The notes under the pieces were generated by a model. It did no database searches. It was not told the origin of the DNA and worked only from the letters and a program-made list of their open reading frames with translations. Source: Pecten maximus (taxonomy: Eukaryota). Taken from it: 64,000 nt of DNA. Made by a program: the position numbers and the translations under genes. The stretch spans positions 3,100,001 to 3,164,000 of the forward strand of contig NC_047019.1 of NCBI RefSeq assembly GCF_902652985.1, read 5' to 3'. This document shows, one piece after another, positions 11,311 to 25,700 of this stretch. Position 1 is the stretch's first letter. Each line of letters begins with the position of its first letter.

Positions 11311-14300
11311 ATGAACATTCACAAGCATTTTGTTGATCTGTTTGATCATGTCTCTGGAAATTTCAAAAAAAAATTTTTGTCATTTTCAAATTTTTAATAA
11401 AAACTTGAACTATGAAATATGGTATATATCGTTGAATTAAAACAGTGACATTTTGGTGTTAAGCAGTGAAGAAAACTACCTCCAAATTAAATTGAATCAC
11501 AAAAATCCTTACATAAATTTTCCATATAACAAGCATATTGGCTACATAAAAGATCATACAAGATCTGGTCCAACACAAATACTGTATAAACCACTAACCC
11601 TCTCTTGTAGCAGATTTGAAAATAATTCTCAAATATGTAACAAATTTTTTGTTATATGTACCTGTGTTCCTTCTTGTCCATGTCTTTAGCCATAGCTAGT
11701 TCTCTTTCCATGCTCCTAGCAGCAGACACCATGTATTTACAGAGATTCTCCAGCTGGGGTAGTGTCTTCTCCTCGTTCAGCCCCGCAAACCACTCCTTCG
11801 GGAATGTAGAGACAATCTGGGGACAAGAGATCAAAGTCACATCTTTACACAGTTACACAGTAACACCAGTCTTATCTCAAGTTTCTCTATAACACAGTAA
11901 CACCAGTCTAATATCAAGTTTTTCTATAACACAGTAACACCAGTCTAATATCAAGTTTTTCTATAGCACAGTAAAACCAGTCTAATTTTTAACACTTCCT
12001 GAACCTAGTTAAAAGTCTGGAGTTCTAAAGCATACAGATTTGGTCCAGACACTGAACACTGCATGTCCAATAGATAATTATATTCAAGTTTTACAGAATG
12101 GAATGACTAATACCTGGTTCTCCAAAAGGTAAACACAATAGAATTATTTCACAAATATGAAGTGAAAAATATTTCTATATTCTTACATGAAGTGACATTT
12201 ATGAGACTTTATGAATGAAATTTTTTAAAGATACTTGAAAAACTTATCGAGTGATGTTTCTGTAGAATTAACGTCTGCTTTATCTATTCTACAACAACTG
12301 CAAAAAAGCTATATCAACTTATATTTATCGCTTTTGCTGGGCCGGATGGAAGCATGCACAAGATATTACTGTGGGAGGAAACTGGAGAAAACCCATTTGG
12401 CTGGGAATACCATCAAACCCTAGGCACCTTACATGTAGGTAATAACCAAGCATGTTACCACGTTATCACATCAGCACCCAGTGTAGTTTCTGTAGACTAA
12501 CTTATGAGACTCACCGAGTGACATTTCTGTAAAGTTACTTATGAGACTCACCGAGTGACATTTCTGTAAAGTTACTTATGAGACTCACCGAGTGACATTT
12601 CTGTAAAGTTACTTATGAGACTCACCGAGTGACATTTCTGTAAAGTTACTTATGAGACTCACCGAGTGATATTTCTGTAAAGTTACTTATGAGACTCACC
12701 GAGTGATATTTCTGTAAAGTAACTTATGAGACTCACCGAGTGACATTTCTGTGAAGTTACTTATGAGAAACACCGAGTGACATTTCTGTAAAGTTACTTA
12801 TGAGACTCACCGATTGACATTTCTGTTAAGTTACTTATGAGACTCACCGAGTGACATTTCTGTAAAGTAACTTATGAGACTCACCGAGTGACATTTCTGT
12901 AAAGTTACTTACCGAGTGACATTTCTGTAAAGTTACTTATGAGACTCACCGAGTGACATTTCTGTGAAATTACTTATGAGACTCACCGAGTGATATTTCT
13001 GTAAAGTTACTTATGAGACTCACCGAGTGACATTTCTGTGAAATTACTTATGAGACTCACCGAGTGACATTTCTGTATAGTTTCTTGGTTGAGAACAGAG
13101 TTACAGAGTCCCAGGATAATATAACGATTAAGGAGGCCGTCTAGAGCGAGGTTCTGTAGAATACTGGTCGATATAATACCATGCCAACTCATTATACTGC
13201 CTAGTAACTGAAATAACAAAACGCAAATGTTATCAATACCCTCTCAATACAAGTGATGAGAATCAGTTTCACTTTCAGAATCAATGATCAAAAACTTGAA
13301 ATTGATTGCTTATCGATTATAATCGGTTTTCTAAATTTAGCAAAGAATTGACCTTTTGTAGAAAATTTATGTACATCTCAAGTACATTATTACACATCTT
13401 AGCCTTTGTTATCAACATTTTTATACTGAACACATTTGTTCAATTCTCTCTAAATCTACATCATTAAAACACTATTTAAAGTCTCATCAGATAATTGCAT
13501 GAAAATATTTGATCTCAGTCATGCAGATACAATATTCTATTCTTCAACTTTTATCATAGTTTCAGTTAAAAGTCACATGAATTGACTTTTTGTAGAACAA
13601 CTCAGACATTTATTCACCTTAATGCAAGTCCAGGACTGTCGATGGAAGAATACTGCGGCCCCTGATGATCGATTCTCTATCGCCCTGGAAAAAAGATAAT
13701 CATTGTTCAGAAATGAATTTTCCATGTTTTTAGCCATTTCTATCTCAGTTTAAGTTTTATCTCAAATCATTTACACAATAAATCTGCCCTGTTATTTAAT
13801 AGTTACAATTATCTTCATTTTGATTTTAGTGTTATGTGTTTGAAGTGTTATAAAAAAGATTGCAGTAATAAAGTAAAATTCTTATACTGTAACTTACGAC
13901 TTTGGATAGAGAGGCATGAAGACATCATCATCTAAGGTTTTCTGTAGGCGTTTCACAACAGCATGTAGTAAATTCTGAAAAGAAGCATTTAAATGTAAAG
14001 ACTGCATAAAAACTGGGAACATGTGTCAAAGTTTTCTCTACCAGATTTATCCTGTAGTTTTTTCACATGCCCTGTACAATTAGCAGATCAAAGTGGTTTA
14101 CTCAGCTTATATATTTACTAGCAGACTAAGGAATTAAAAACAGCAAAAAAAAAAAAAAAAAAAAAGTGTCTGCATTTATGGCTTCATTATTTTGATTATT
14201 TGTAAAAATCTTGTTCAATTCATTTGATAAACAGGTAAATTGTAAAATAAAAACGTGTTTGTCTTAACTGAATTTTTTTGTTTTAAATCTTTCACCTATT

Positions 14301-17300
14301 ATAGGATCTCTATCAGTAGCTACACTCTTCCTTATAATGTTTATCCTCAAATTGAGCTACCAAGTCAAGAAGGTGCTTAATACAGTCAGTATGTCTTAAT
14401 TATGGCAAACAGTCTTCGATTTTGAAGTACAGTGAAACCTGAGTTTACTGACACTGTATGGGACCGAGTCAAGTCAATGTGTTGGATATGACAGTGTTGT
14501 TAAAGTCAGTGTTGGCAATGACAGTGGAAAATGTCACCATTACATGGGGGATATAGTCAGATGTTACAGGATGTCATTAAGGTCAGTGGTCGGTTAAGTC
14601 AGGTTTCACTGTACAAGACGATGTGTACCTGCATGGATCTGTTTGAACTGTGAGCACACGGGTAATCTCTGATGATACGCTGGATTGTGTTGACGAGGCG
14701 CGAGGTCTGGGTGGTAGATAGAGGGTCCCATACCGTCTCTGCTAACACTACAACAACAAAGACACCACTGGTTACAGGAGATACAATCTACACAATTTTT
14801 ATCTCCTGGAATATATTCATGCTAGAGTTTGTGTTCTAAAGTCAACCCCATTAGTATATTTCTTACAGTGAAATACATGAGTATAGTTTGGTTTGGTTTA
14901 TTTTGTTTAACATTCTATCAACAGCCAGTCATTTAAGGACGTGTCAGGTTTGGAGGTAGAGGAAAGCCCGAGTACCCAGAGAAAAACCACCGGCCACCGC
15001 CGCCCCACTTGAGTATAGAAATGCCTGATCTCATGCCAAAGTGGTATACAGTCTTCTAACACAGTGGTATACAGTCTCCCCACAAAATACATGAAAATAT
15101 GGAAAAATGTAAGCATTGTCAAATCAAAATACACTTCAAAACGCAGGACTTGTTAAAATGAAACCCCATCAAGTATCAAAGAGTTTGGTAAAAAAAAATA
15201 ATCTCCATCCCAAAATACTCTTGTCAAAACATTTAACAGGCATTAAATAATCAAATGGATGTGTTGGAATGTTCAGTATTCCTGGAATTTTTAGTTTAAT
15301 ATTGAAGTGATACATACCAGTTATTCGTGGAATTATTATTTTTTCTGTGATGGTGGGTAAAAGTTTGATATCATCATTGTTCGTTTCCAGCTCTGACGCC
15401 TCTGGCTGACAGCCATAGAAGACCAAGGTCTCAAACCATTGGGTATCTTCAAAGTCCTGACCGTGTGCCTAAAACATTGAAATTTAAGACTTTCAAATCT
15501 GCATTTACAGGACATGTACAAGTACAGCTGTGTTAACAGTGCAACATAAAACAAGGATTTTCATCATAACCCATTTATCACTGTACAACAGTCCATTTCC
15601 TACAGGATTCATGACAAACCCATAATTAATGTCAGAATTTTACGATACGTTTTACCAAATAATGTAATTAACAACTGGAGCGATCAGACATGTGTTGTAC
15701 ATAACAAATCCAAACCTGGGGAGATGTTTACATCAGCACAGCATCAAGGGCACTTTAAAACTATAATACTGGGGGGAAAAACACTATAACTGATTTTCAG
15801 AATTTATTTTTTTACAGTAGAACTCAACAGAATTCATTAACATCTCTTATCAAAGTTCTTGCTATTTAATTTTTTGGACAGTCAATATTTTACATTAGTA
15901 TTGTCAAATGTAATATTCTATTATGAATATAAGACGAAGAGATAGTCAGTTTGCCGACAGAAATAGTGTCGCATAAAAACATAGCCATCTCAATCAAGAT
16001 CTTCACCGTCGATGTTGCTCGCGTAGGAATCTTTCATATTTTCATCACAATTTTACACAAATTCCTGGGTCAATATCGGGACACGTCGGGTATTTGCATT
16101 TCCGACCAATTCAGAATCATCATCTCAGGCAGGAATGACTTCCCTGGGTAAGAAATTTCACAATTCATTTTTTAACAAGTAAAATATATAACGGATCATA
16201 CTTCAAGTGGATTCCATTGAATTAATTGAAGTCGCACAAATGGATTGAAGAGCTTAGGCAAACAGAGTCCGATGTAGGCGTCCGAGTAAGTCTCCCCATA
16301 TTCCTGTTTCCACGATTCAAATCGTTCTCGCACACAAGACACTTCCTTAAAATCGTTTTCTACATCTTCAAACAATCTCTCCACCCCTGTATCAATAACA
16401 TCTGAAAATAGACGAGAAAATTTACACAACAATAGATCAGTGAAACTCTGTTATACTGCCAACATAATTTATATTACCATTGAAAAATATTGATTGGCAT
16501 AATAAAAATCTATTACAATACTGTAAATTGGGATATTTTGGTGTCAAGAAATTTTGGCATTTTTCTTTATTGTCAAAACAGATTGGTTTTATTTTCAATT
16601 GGTGTATATAAGTTTGGTGTTTCCATCAACCCTGTGTCAAATGTTGGCATATTCCGACTTTAATGTTGCAATACAGACTTCTGCCATCTGAACCAGAGAT
16701 TAAATGAAGTTTTTATGGTACAGATTCACAGCTTACCTTTTTCTGAATTGAATTTGGTAATTTCAGATTGATTTTCCTCATCATCAGACGATAGTCCCTC
16801 ATGATGACCTCGTATGTTCTTTACTTCTCGCTTCCTCCTTCGTCTCGACCTTCAGATGTAAAACATATTTCATTAATTTTGTCACAGTAATTTCATTACA
16901 AGGCATAACTCCACCCAACCCCACAGTCCTCATCCAATCCCACCCCAAGGTGTTCAGCCCCACTCATCACCCCCAGGTATTTCCTACAATTTTTTAACTG
17001 GGTCCAGGGTCCATTGTATTGGAAATTTCTATCACACAAAATGTGACATTGGGAAAAACAAAAACATAGTGAAATTCATACAAATTTCAGTTTTTCTTTG
17101 ATGATTGTGTTGCCTTTATATTATTTTTTATTTCATTTTGTTATCTGTAGCTGTTTTTTATTTTTTTAAATTGCCTTAATATAGGTCTTTGTATAAAACA
17201 TACTTAAACATTCAAAAGTAATTTCAAAATCGGGAATTTTTTAGTGGCAAATTGGGAATTTTTACAAGATATTTTTTTTTATAGGAATGGGTCCTTTTAA

Positions 17301-20300
17301 TGGACCCTGTTTCTATTGGAGGAAAATCCCTGATCCCACCCCACAGTCTTCATCCCTACTCACCATCCTAATCTATCTTCTCAATCATCGATACTTTTTA
17401 TGCCAAATTAGTATTAACAAATAAAAACAACCTTCTTTGTTTTAGAGTGAAAAATAATAATTTTCTGCATAAAATTACTTTTTGAAGTGAGAACTTTGTT
17501 ATGTTATAACACTTCTTTCTTTCAGCACATTAAGGTAGAAACATAAATGGTCTGCTGGCCTGTCAAATAGATTACAAATATTCCTATGACCCCTACATGA
17601 CCTTGTGTTAAATAGATTACGAATATTCCTATGACCCTTACATGACCTTGTGTTAAATAGATTTCAAATATTCCTATGACCCCCTACATGACCTTGTGTT
17701 AAATAGATTATAAATGTTTCTATGACCTCTACATGACCTTGCGTTAAATAGACTACAAATATTCCTATGATCTCTACATGACCTTGTGTTCAATAGATTA
17801 TAAATATTCCTATGACCTCTACATGACCCTACCTTCTGGCCTCACGCTCTGCTGTTCTCATCTGTTTGGCTTGTCCTTCAGAAGACTCCATCACAATCTT
17901 GGCTTTACCTAGAAAGTAAAAAATTAAAAACCCACTGTTTATAGATTCTACTGTAGGGATCTCGCACATAATAAAAACATGTACAGGCTTTATAACCGTG
18001 GGTGGGGAAGATACAACAAACACAGGGTTCCTCCTTTAATCAAACCCTGCATAACTAGAAATACGAGACTAACTTAGATACTGGTAATGTACACAGTCAC
18101 TCTAATGGGTTTCAAGAACAACTGGAGGTTTTCCAGAAGCCATCTTTATTTTTTTACTGACCCAATATATATATCTGGCAAGTGTGTGACAGAAACATTT
18201 GGGGTCAGTGATAAAACATGAGGTTGGTGACAAAACACAAATATTATTATCTCAATAACATAAAACCTATTTTTGTTGACAAATATATATTTTTTGGTTC
18301 ATTTCAATTACAAATTATTTGCATCGAATCCCTCCTGAAACTATAAAATATACTCCTTTATCAAATATACCATTTTTTTCTTCAGTCTAAAAGAAAATCT
18401 GCTTTAAACACATAAATGATTTTATTAGTGCAATCTTTATACCATAACTTTGTAACATGATTATGAAATCCTGACCAGCTTGTCTATGAAGGTGACTATA
18501 CATTACAAAGGAATTAATAGAATTTCTGTACAAGGTACAATAACTCATATCTATCATCTACGGAACTGTATCTATCGTTTACGAGTTTGTTTATTTAGAT
18601 GCTGCAAAATGAAATTGAAATAGGTACAAAATTTTTGGGTCAAAATTCTGGCAAAATTTCAAATCAATCCAAGATATTTATATCTTTTTGACAGTCCTAC
18701 ATGCAACTCTTCGTGGTGTTGAAGCTAAATACTGACAAAATCTTTTCTGATAAGTTGACAGACGACAGACATAGCACCATGACCTCAATCCACCCTGTAT
18801 GTGAGGATGATCTGGTTATGATTGAGTGTTTTTTACATTTCACTTTTATGCTCTGTAAGATGTTTGCTGTTGCAAATTAAACACAACTGCTATAGGATTC
18901 TAATTTTCATATTTACATATTCTGAACTGATATTGAATAATACATAAAAACAAAATTTAAGGAAACATTTTGACTAATACAATAAACTTATTAACAAATA
19001 CAATAATATTTGGTGTATTTTGAGATATTCTATTTAAAGCAATTATCTGAAGACAAAAAATAACATTATATTCTTGAAGCGTCTCAAAATATCATCTTAA
19101 GACTATTTTTAATTACTTATTTAAATGAACAACAGAAATCAGAACTCGAAACATTACAGTTCCAAACAAATGGGTCAAGGGTCATGATCAGATTGATATA
19201 TTTAGTCCATTATGAGAAAAATTACAGGTTACACTTCTGTAGAAATCACCAGACAGAAGAGTATGTATTTGTAAATTATAAATACAATATATTTTTAAAC
19301 AATAACATTATTGTGTAGATTTTAGATAATGGATTCACACTATCCAATCTACAGAAAAAATCATTTTCTATTTTCTAATCACACAAGGTTCATCAGAATA
19401 TCAAATATACTAAAATAATGCATGGCAAAGAAATACACATCAACCATAAATGTTTGTAATTTTTTTTTTTTTTTTTTTTTAAATATTTGGGAAATATTTT
19501 TAATTAAAAAACGCTGCAGGATCGTAATATTTCTGAAATATACAGGGAAGGAACGACAGTAAACACTGTTCTAAAATAATAATTTGGTGGTGGGGAAAAG
19601 TTTGATGACAATATAGAGCCTTAAGGTGGTATGTACTTTATAGGAAAAGTTTGATGACAATATAGAGCCCTAAGGTTGTATGTACTTTATAGGAAAAGTT
19701 TGATGACAATATAGAGTCCTAAGGTGGTATGTACTTTATAGGAAAAGTTTGATGACAATATAGAGCCCTAAGGTGGTATATATAGTTTGGAAATGTTTGA
19801 CCATTAGGGACATACACATCAGTGGACTGTAGATGGATACCGACTTGTCATATAATCCTGACACTGATCGCGCACATCCTGCTGTCGCCGGGATACCAAC
19901 TGCTCCGATCGACGCCGCAGCATATTCAACATCCTCGCCTCCAGGTCGTTGATGATAGGAACCTGTTATAGAAGCAATGTAACTAATCATCAGATATTCA
20001 AACAGTTTTACTAGTTGTGAAGTTCACCGAAATAGTGGATTGTGTGATTACACACCGATTTATAGGAGCTTGCATAGGTTTTCATTTCCTGAACAATTGT
20101 TATATATTACAAAGAAAACGAGATCCAACATCCGATATTGTTAGTTCTGTACGTATGGTAGTTTACCTAGGATGGATTCCAATTAGATTACACGAGTACG
20201 GGCCATGATACATATAAACAGTAAGTTTAGCAGACCAGACAACATCTGTAAGTAGATCTTCAATAGGTTTTAAGGGATTTTCCTACAATAGAAACAGGGT

Positions 20301-22689
20301 CCATTAAAAGGACCCATTCCCCTAAAAAAAACTTGTGAAAATTCCCAATTTGCCCCTGAAAAATTCCCAAATATGAAGTCACTTTTGAATGATTAAGTAA
20401 GTTTTATCTACAAAGATCTATACTAAGGTACTTTTGAAAAATAAAAAACAGATAACAAAATGACATATCAAAAATAATATAAAGGCAATATTCATCAAAG
20501 AAAAACTAAAATTTGTATGAATTTCACTATTTTTTTCGTTTTTCCCAATGTCACATTTTGTCGCATAGAAATTCCCAATTCAATGGACCCTTGACCCAGT
20601 TGAAAAATTGTAGGAAAATCCCTGATGAATTGTTTAATTAATCAAATTTGTTGAAGATATATCTACAGCTGTTGTCTAGTTGTCTGTACTTAGTGTTACA
20701 CATGTTATACTTTAACTTACAATGTTGTACTTGTTCTAATTTTCGTCATTAATTATAAATGAATATTTAATAATTTAAAGACACATAATTTCTAGAACAT
20801 CAATCAGGAGAGGTTTCAATAAATATTTTTGGGATATCAAAACAACACACTGACCATTAAAAGGCCTGAATTATAATCCGACTCATTGTGTATTGAATTA
20901 CAATATAGCCTGAATTATAATCCGACTAATTGTGTATTGAATTACAATATAGTCCGTCTCAAAATCTGGCTCATTGTGTATTGAGTTTTCAATCAGTTAA
21001 TAAACATCATGGAAATCAACATAAAAAGAGATGATGAAAAACCTGCTTTATCTACAAACTACACAGAAATAACAGATCTGCTTCACTCAGATAGTATTAC
21101 TGTACAGGACATTGTTATCTGACACTTCACCACACAACATCAACACCGACAGTTCGACCTAATTCCATTACAAGTGAGTTGCAGTGACAGAAAATATTTT
21201 CTCTTTTAGCACCAATAAATTAGTGCTACTGTTTTGCAAATACATGTAGTAACCTAGCTAGCAATTCAAACAGGCAGTCACCAAATTAAATATTTATCTG
21301 CAAGTAATTTTATTAGGAAATTGGAAATTTTGAACACCATCATCTTTCAGATTTCTTTCCTATTATGTCAGTTTTAGTTGCGAAATTCAAATCTACAATT
21401 ATTTGTCGTATCAATTTTAGACTTAAATGAATTGAACGACATTGACATTGGTAGATCTGTCACAATATTTGACCTTCCCTAATGATGATCGTCCTGAAAT
21501 ATCAACCATGAACAAGACTGGTATGGACATTTTATACCCGATGTACCGAGTAATATCTGTCATGGAATGGAGAGCTGTTTTTAAATATAATTTGCTACGA
21601 TTTAGAAAGTTTTTTCCTATATGTCTTTTGTTTAATTCAGCACATACAACCTCAGCACATACAACCTATGTCCTTAAAGCAGAACCCCAAGACATAAAGT
21701 TTTTTTCCCTGAGAATCATTATACCAGTTTATTCCAAAATTAAATGAACACTTAATTTTTACCAGATATTCAAATATTTTGCAAATTATTTACTTAAAAT
21801 CATGAATATCAATATATATTTAAGACTTTTCACATGTCACAGAAAGTCTGACAAACTTTTACTATCTTCGGGACATTTTTAAATGGTTTATTTTAAACAA
21901 AGATTTCACTGCCTATTAAACGAATGCCCAGGACTGAAGCACATGTCACCCAATCCCCACAAAATCATGTTGTCAGACTTAACATATCCATGTTACAATC
22001 CTTCATTTCCCAGGACCTGACAGGGTGACTAGCATTATGTCGGAGAGGAAGATTTTCCTCCCTGTTAAAAACGCAAACTGTCCCAGTCAACAAGGTCGGT
22101 GAAGGATATAGCGAGAAAGATATGCCGACATACATCTGAATTTGTGAGGACGGGATACAGGTCACAACTAAAGACATCTAATAGGCATCATCAACCCACC
22201 TTTTCATTGAGACATTCAACCAAGTCTCGCACATACCCCCTCATTTCTTGGAAGAAGCAATATCGCTTCTCCAGCGTATCGACACTGCCTTCGCATGTGA
22301 CAGTATTTTGATCAGCATCATCGATGTCGGTGACGAGTGTATCCCGTTCCTGTGTGTGACGCCGGCTGACTTCCTCCATAGAGTCAAGTCTGAAATAATC
22401 ACAAAAGATTTTAATGCTTTAAACATTCAATGGCACTGGGCTATTATCAAGTTTATGTTGAACAAGCTTTCTGAAAGTATTGTTCTGAGAGTATTGCTAA
22501 AGCATGCCCCCTCTTAAAATAGTAAGTGATCTTTGACCTTGACCCAAAAACCCTGAAACTCTAACTTGATCTGTAGTTATTCATACTGACTTTCACTAAC
22601 AAACCTTGAAGCAAGGCTGAGAAAAGTGTGGAAAACTAAGTGGACAGACTGACAAACGTACAGACAAGATGGATGGGGAGGAAACCTAA

Positions 22690-22723
<34 letters not shown>

Positions 22724-25700
22724 CATCACCAAGAAGGAGTTGGCGAGTAAAAATATATTTTAGATTTCATATCAGTCTTACAAAATGCTGTTTTCAAGAA
22801 TGTTTGCAAACATTTTTTCCTGTGAGGTAAATAAAATCTTACATTTCTTTCCATTTCAAATGAAGAAACTTGTATATTTCTGAAATATTCCTGTGCTAAC
22901 TAATGCATCTTGTAATTTGACAATTCTTTTAAAAGTTTTGATTGAAGTACTACATGCTCAAATGAATTTATATATCATACATTATTTTATTAGACATCCA
23001 GATACTATTAATGACCAGAGATAAAATGTTTCTGTTTTACTTAACAATTCATCAATTTGAAAGATAACAATTACTCAATACAATTTAAGTATTCCATAAT
23101 ATAACTACCAGAGCCAAAATAGTTATTATTTCCAATGGAAGTTTAAAATCTAAATTCTGAAAAATCAAAATTGTCAAACATCGAAAACCTTTCTTGGAGT
23201 CGCTTTCTAATGACATCCATGTTTATATCGGCCAGGTTTTCCGTCTTTGACATGGCGGTGAAAGGTTTGAATGTGGTACTGCTGGTAGACTGGTATGTAT
23301 AGCCGTTACTCTGCCCTGTACCATCGTCCGACATCTGGTCCTCAGTTTTCGACTCCACTGGCTGTCCAACCTGATGACAATGTCAAACAAGACCGTAACA
23401 AAGGGTTTGAAAACAACCAATAGAAAAATAGAAAAATATTTTAGCCCACCTCAATCGACAATGAACTGAACAAATAGTTGGTTTAATTTCGACATAAAAA
23501 ATTCCAAGACTGTTTTAATTGGAGAAACAATGGTGGTTTTGAATTTTATTTTTTTTTTCTCTAAAAATTTCTACTTTTAATGCCAATGGTTACAAATTCC
23601 TTGTCACAATGAGCATTTATGAACTTGCATTTATTTTTTAAACAACTGCAAAACTGATTTATCATAACCCCAGTAGTCTTGGTAAAAGGCTTATGTGTTA
23701 TCTAATGAGCCACCTGACCATCACACCGTGCGACCAAACCTAGAGGAAGCCTAGATTTATATTGTAGATCACTGGTGCGTTAGAGAAAAGTCCCGTCACT
23801 AGGTGACAGCATGTGACTTACTGTGACTCCTTTTTTGATCTGTTGTGCCTCCCACTCCCGCTCCTGGTCACTCTCCTCGTCACTTCCTGTGTGACAAAGT
23901 CAGCATTATCAACATATACAATTCATATAGTCTATGTTATACTATTACTAACAATAAACAGCAAACAAGGTCTGTACTCAAAGATATTGATAAGGTCTAT
24001 ACACAAATATATTGATAAGGTCTATACACAAAGATATTGATAAGGTCTGTACACAAATATATTGATAAGATCTGTATCATGTATTGAGTTTTACAACCAT
24101 TGTGATTTTAAGACTGTTTTTCACCACAAAGTGGAAATATCTTCTACTTATATTAACGCATGGCCTTTTTTTAGTGAAAATACTAAACATTGTACATGAT
24201 TTTGAATATTTAGTGAAAATACTAAACATTATACATCATTTTGATATCTAGTGAAAACACTCGACATTGTACTATCATAATTTGATGTTTCAATCATAAT
24301 GAAGACCCAGTTGCTTATATAAAGATCTGCAAAGGTTAGATTTTGACATAGATCCTGATGTGTGCGTAAAAATGTACTGAATGCTTCATAGAGTACTATT
24401 TCAGCACAAAGAAGAATTAGAAGAATGCAAGGAATGATGATGGATTACTATAAATCACTTAATCATAAGCCTTCAACTCAGGCAACCTAAAAATAATCCA
24501 CGACACATAGAAGAACTGTGAACTGTATATAAGAGGGAAAATGTGTGTAATTTTCTGTATAAAAAGAGAATTTAAAGCAAAATGATATATCTCTAGTTAA
24601 GGCACATCTCATATCATTTTAAATGTTTACCATGCTCTGCAGCCAAGAACTGGTCCTTGATACGTTGTCGTTCCAGAGCCTCTACATTTACAGAGAAATC
24701 CATTCTGCCTTCCTCTTCATCTTCACTTTTATCATTGTCATCCTCTCTACAATTGTAAACAAGATATATGATTCCCATTTCAGAACATGGCGCCAAAGTC
24801 CACAAAGTTTTCATTTTACTACCAACCTAGAAAGAAAAATTTCGGACACAAGTCAAATATTGGTGGTAAATAATTCATCATTAACAAGTGATATGGGGTA
24901 TAGCTGTCCATCAGCGAAATATCGGTTTGATCCATATCTGCAAAAACAAGTTTGATATCTGCCTTGCTTGCAACACCTCTGTTCTACAATATGTACCACT
25001 GATAAAAAAAATCAACAGGTTCTGATCGAAATCATTTCATCTCTTGTTTGAATTAAATCTTACATTCTACATTGCTTTCATTCTGTCGTATCTGACACGG
25101 CCATGTGAAAATCTATCTGTCAGCTCCCATTCAATAGATCTTTGAAAGTATGTTTTTGACCTACCAAAGTGAATGTCTATTTGACTTTTGTGTATTGTGA
25201 AACTCTAAATTTACAAGAAAGACTAAAGACATGGAAACCTCTGCCAGCTGTGTTACGGGCCGCGGTGGCTGAGTGGTTAAGGTGTTCCGACACTTTATCA
25301 CGAGCCCTCCACCTCTGGGTCACGAATTCGAAGCCTACGTGGGGCAGTTCCCAGGTATTGACCGTAGGCCGGTGATTTTTCTCCTGGTACTCTGGCCTTC
25401 CTCCACCTGCAAACCTGGCACGTCCTTAAATGACCCTGGCTGTTTACAGGACATCAAACAAATTAACCAAACCAAACTGCCAGCTGTGTTTCTAAGCAAC
25501 ATCTTTACAGAGCCTATGCCACCTACCTAACAAGTCTAGAGGAGGAATTCTCAGGCTTAGCCGCATTATCCAACGGTACAAAATCTCCCATGTCTCTAGC
25601 CTGCTGTCGCTTTTTCCTAATGTTGTGGATCAGGTTGGCATCTGGTATTTCACCCTCTATAACACAAGTCAGATTTGTCTGTACCAACTCTGGCAGATAA

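Noticed and set aside
25255-25340. tRNA genes (also at about 40650-40960, 44140-44210, 50830-50909, 55260-55333, 55790-55876, 59044-59110)
   Set aside because: A and B boxes are present but there is no complete cloverleaf; they continue into shared SINE bodies and tails, one with a clear TSD.
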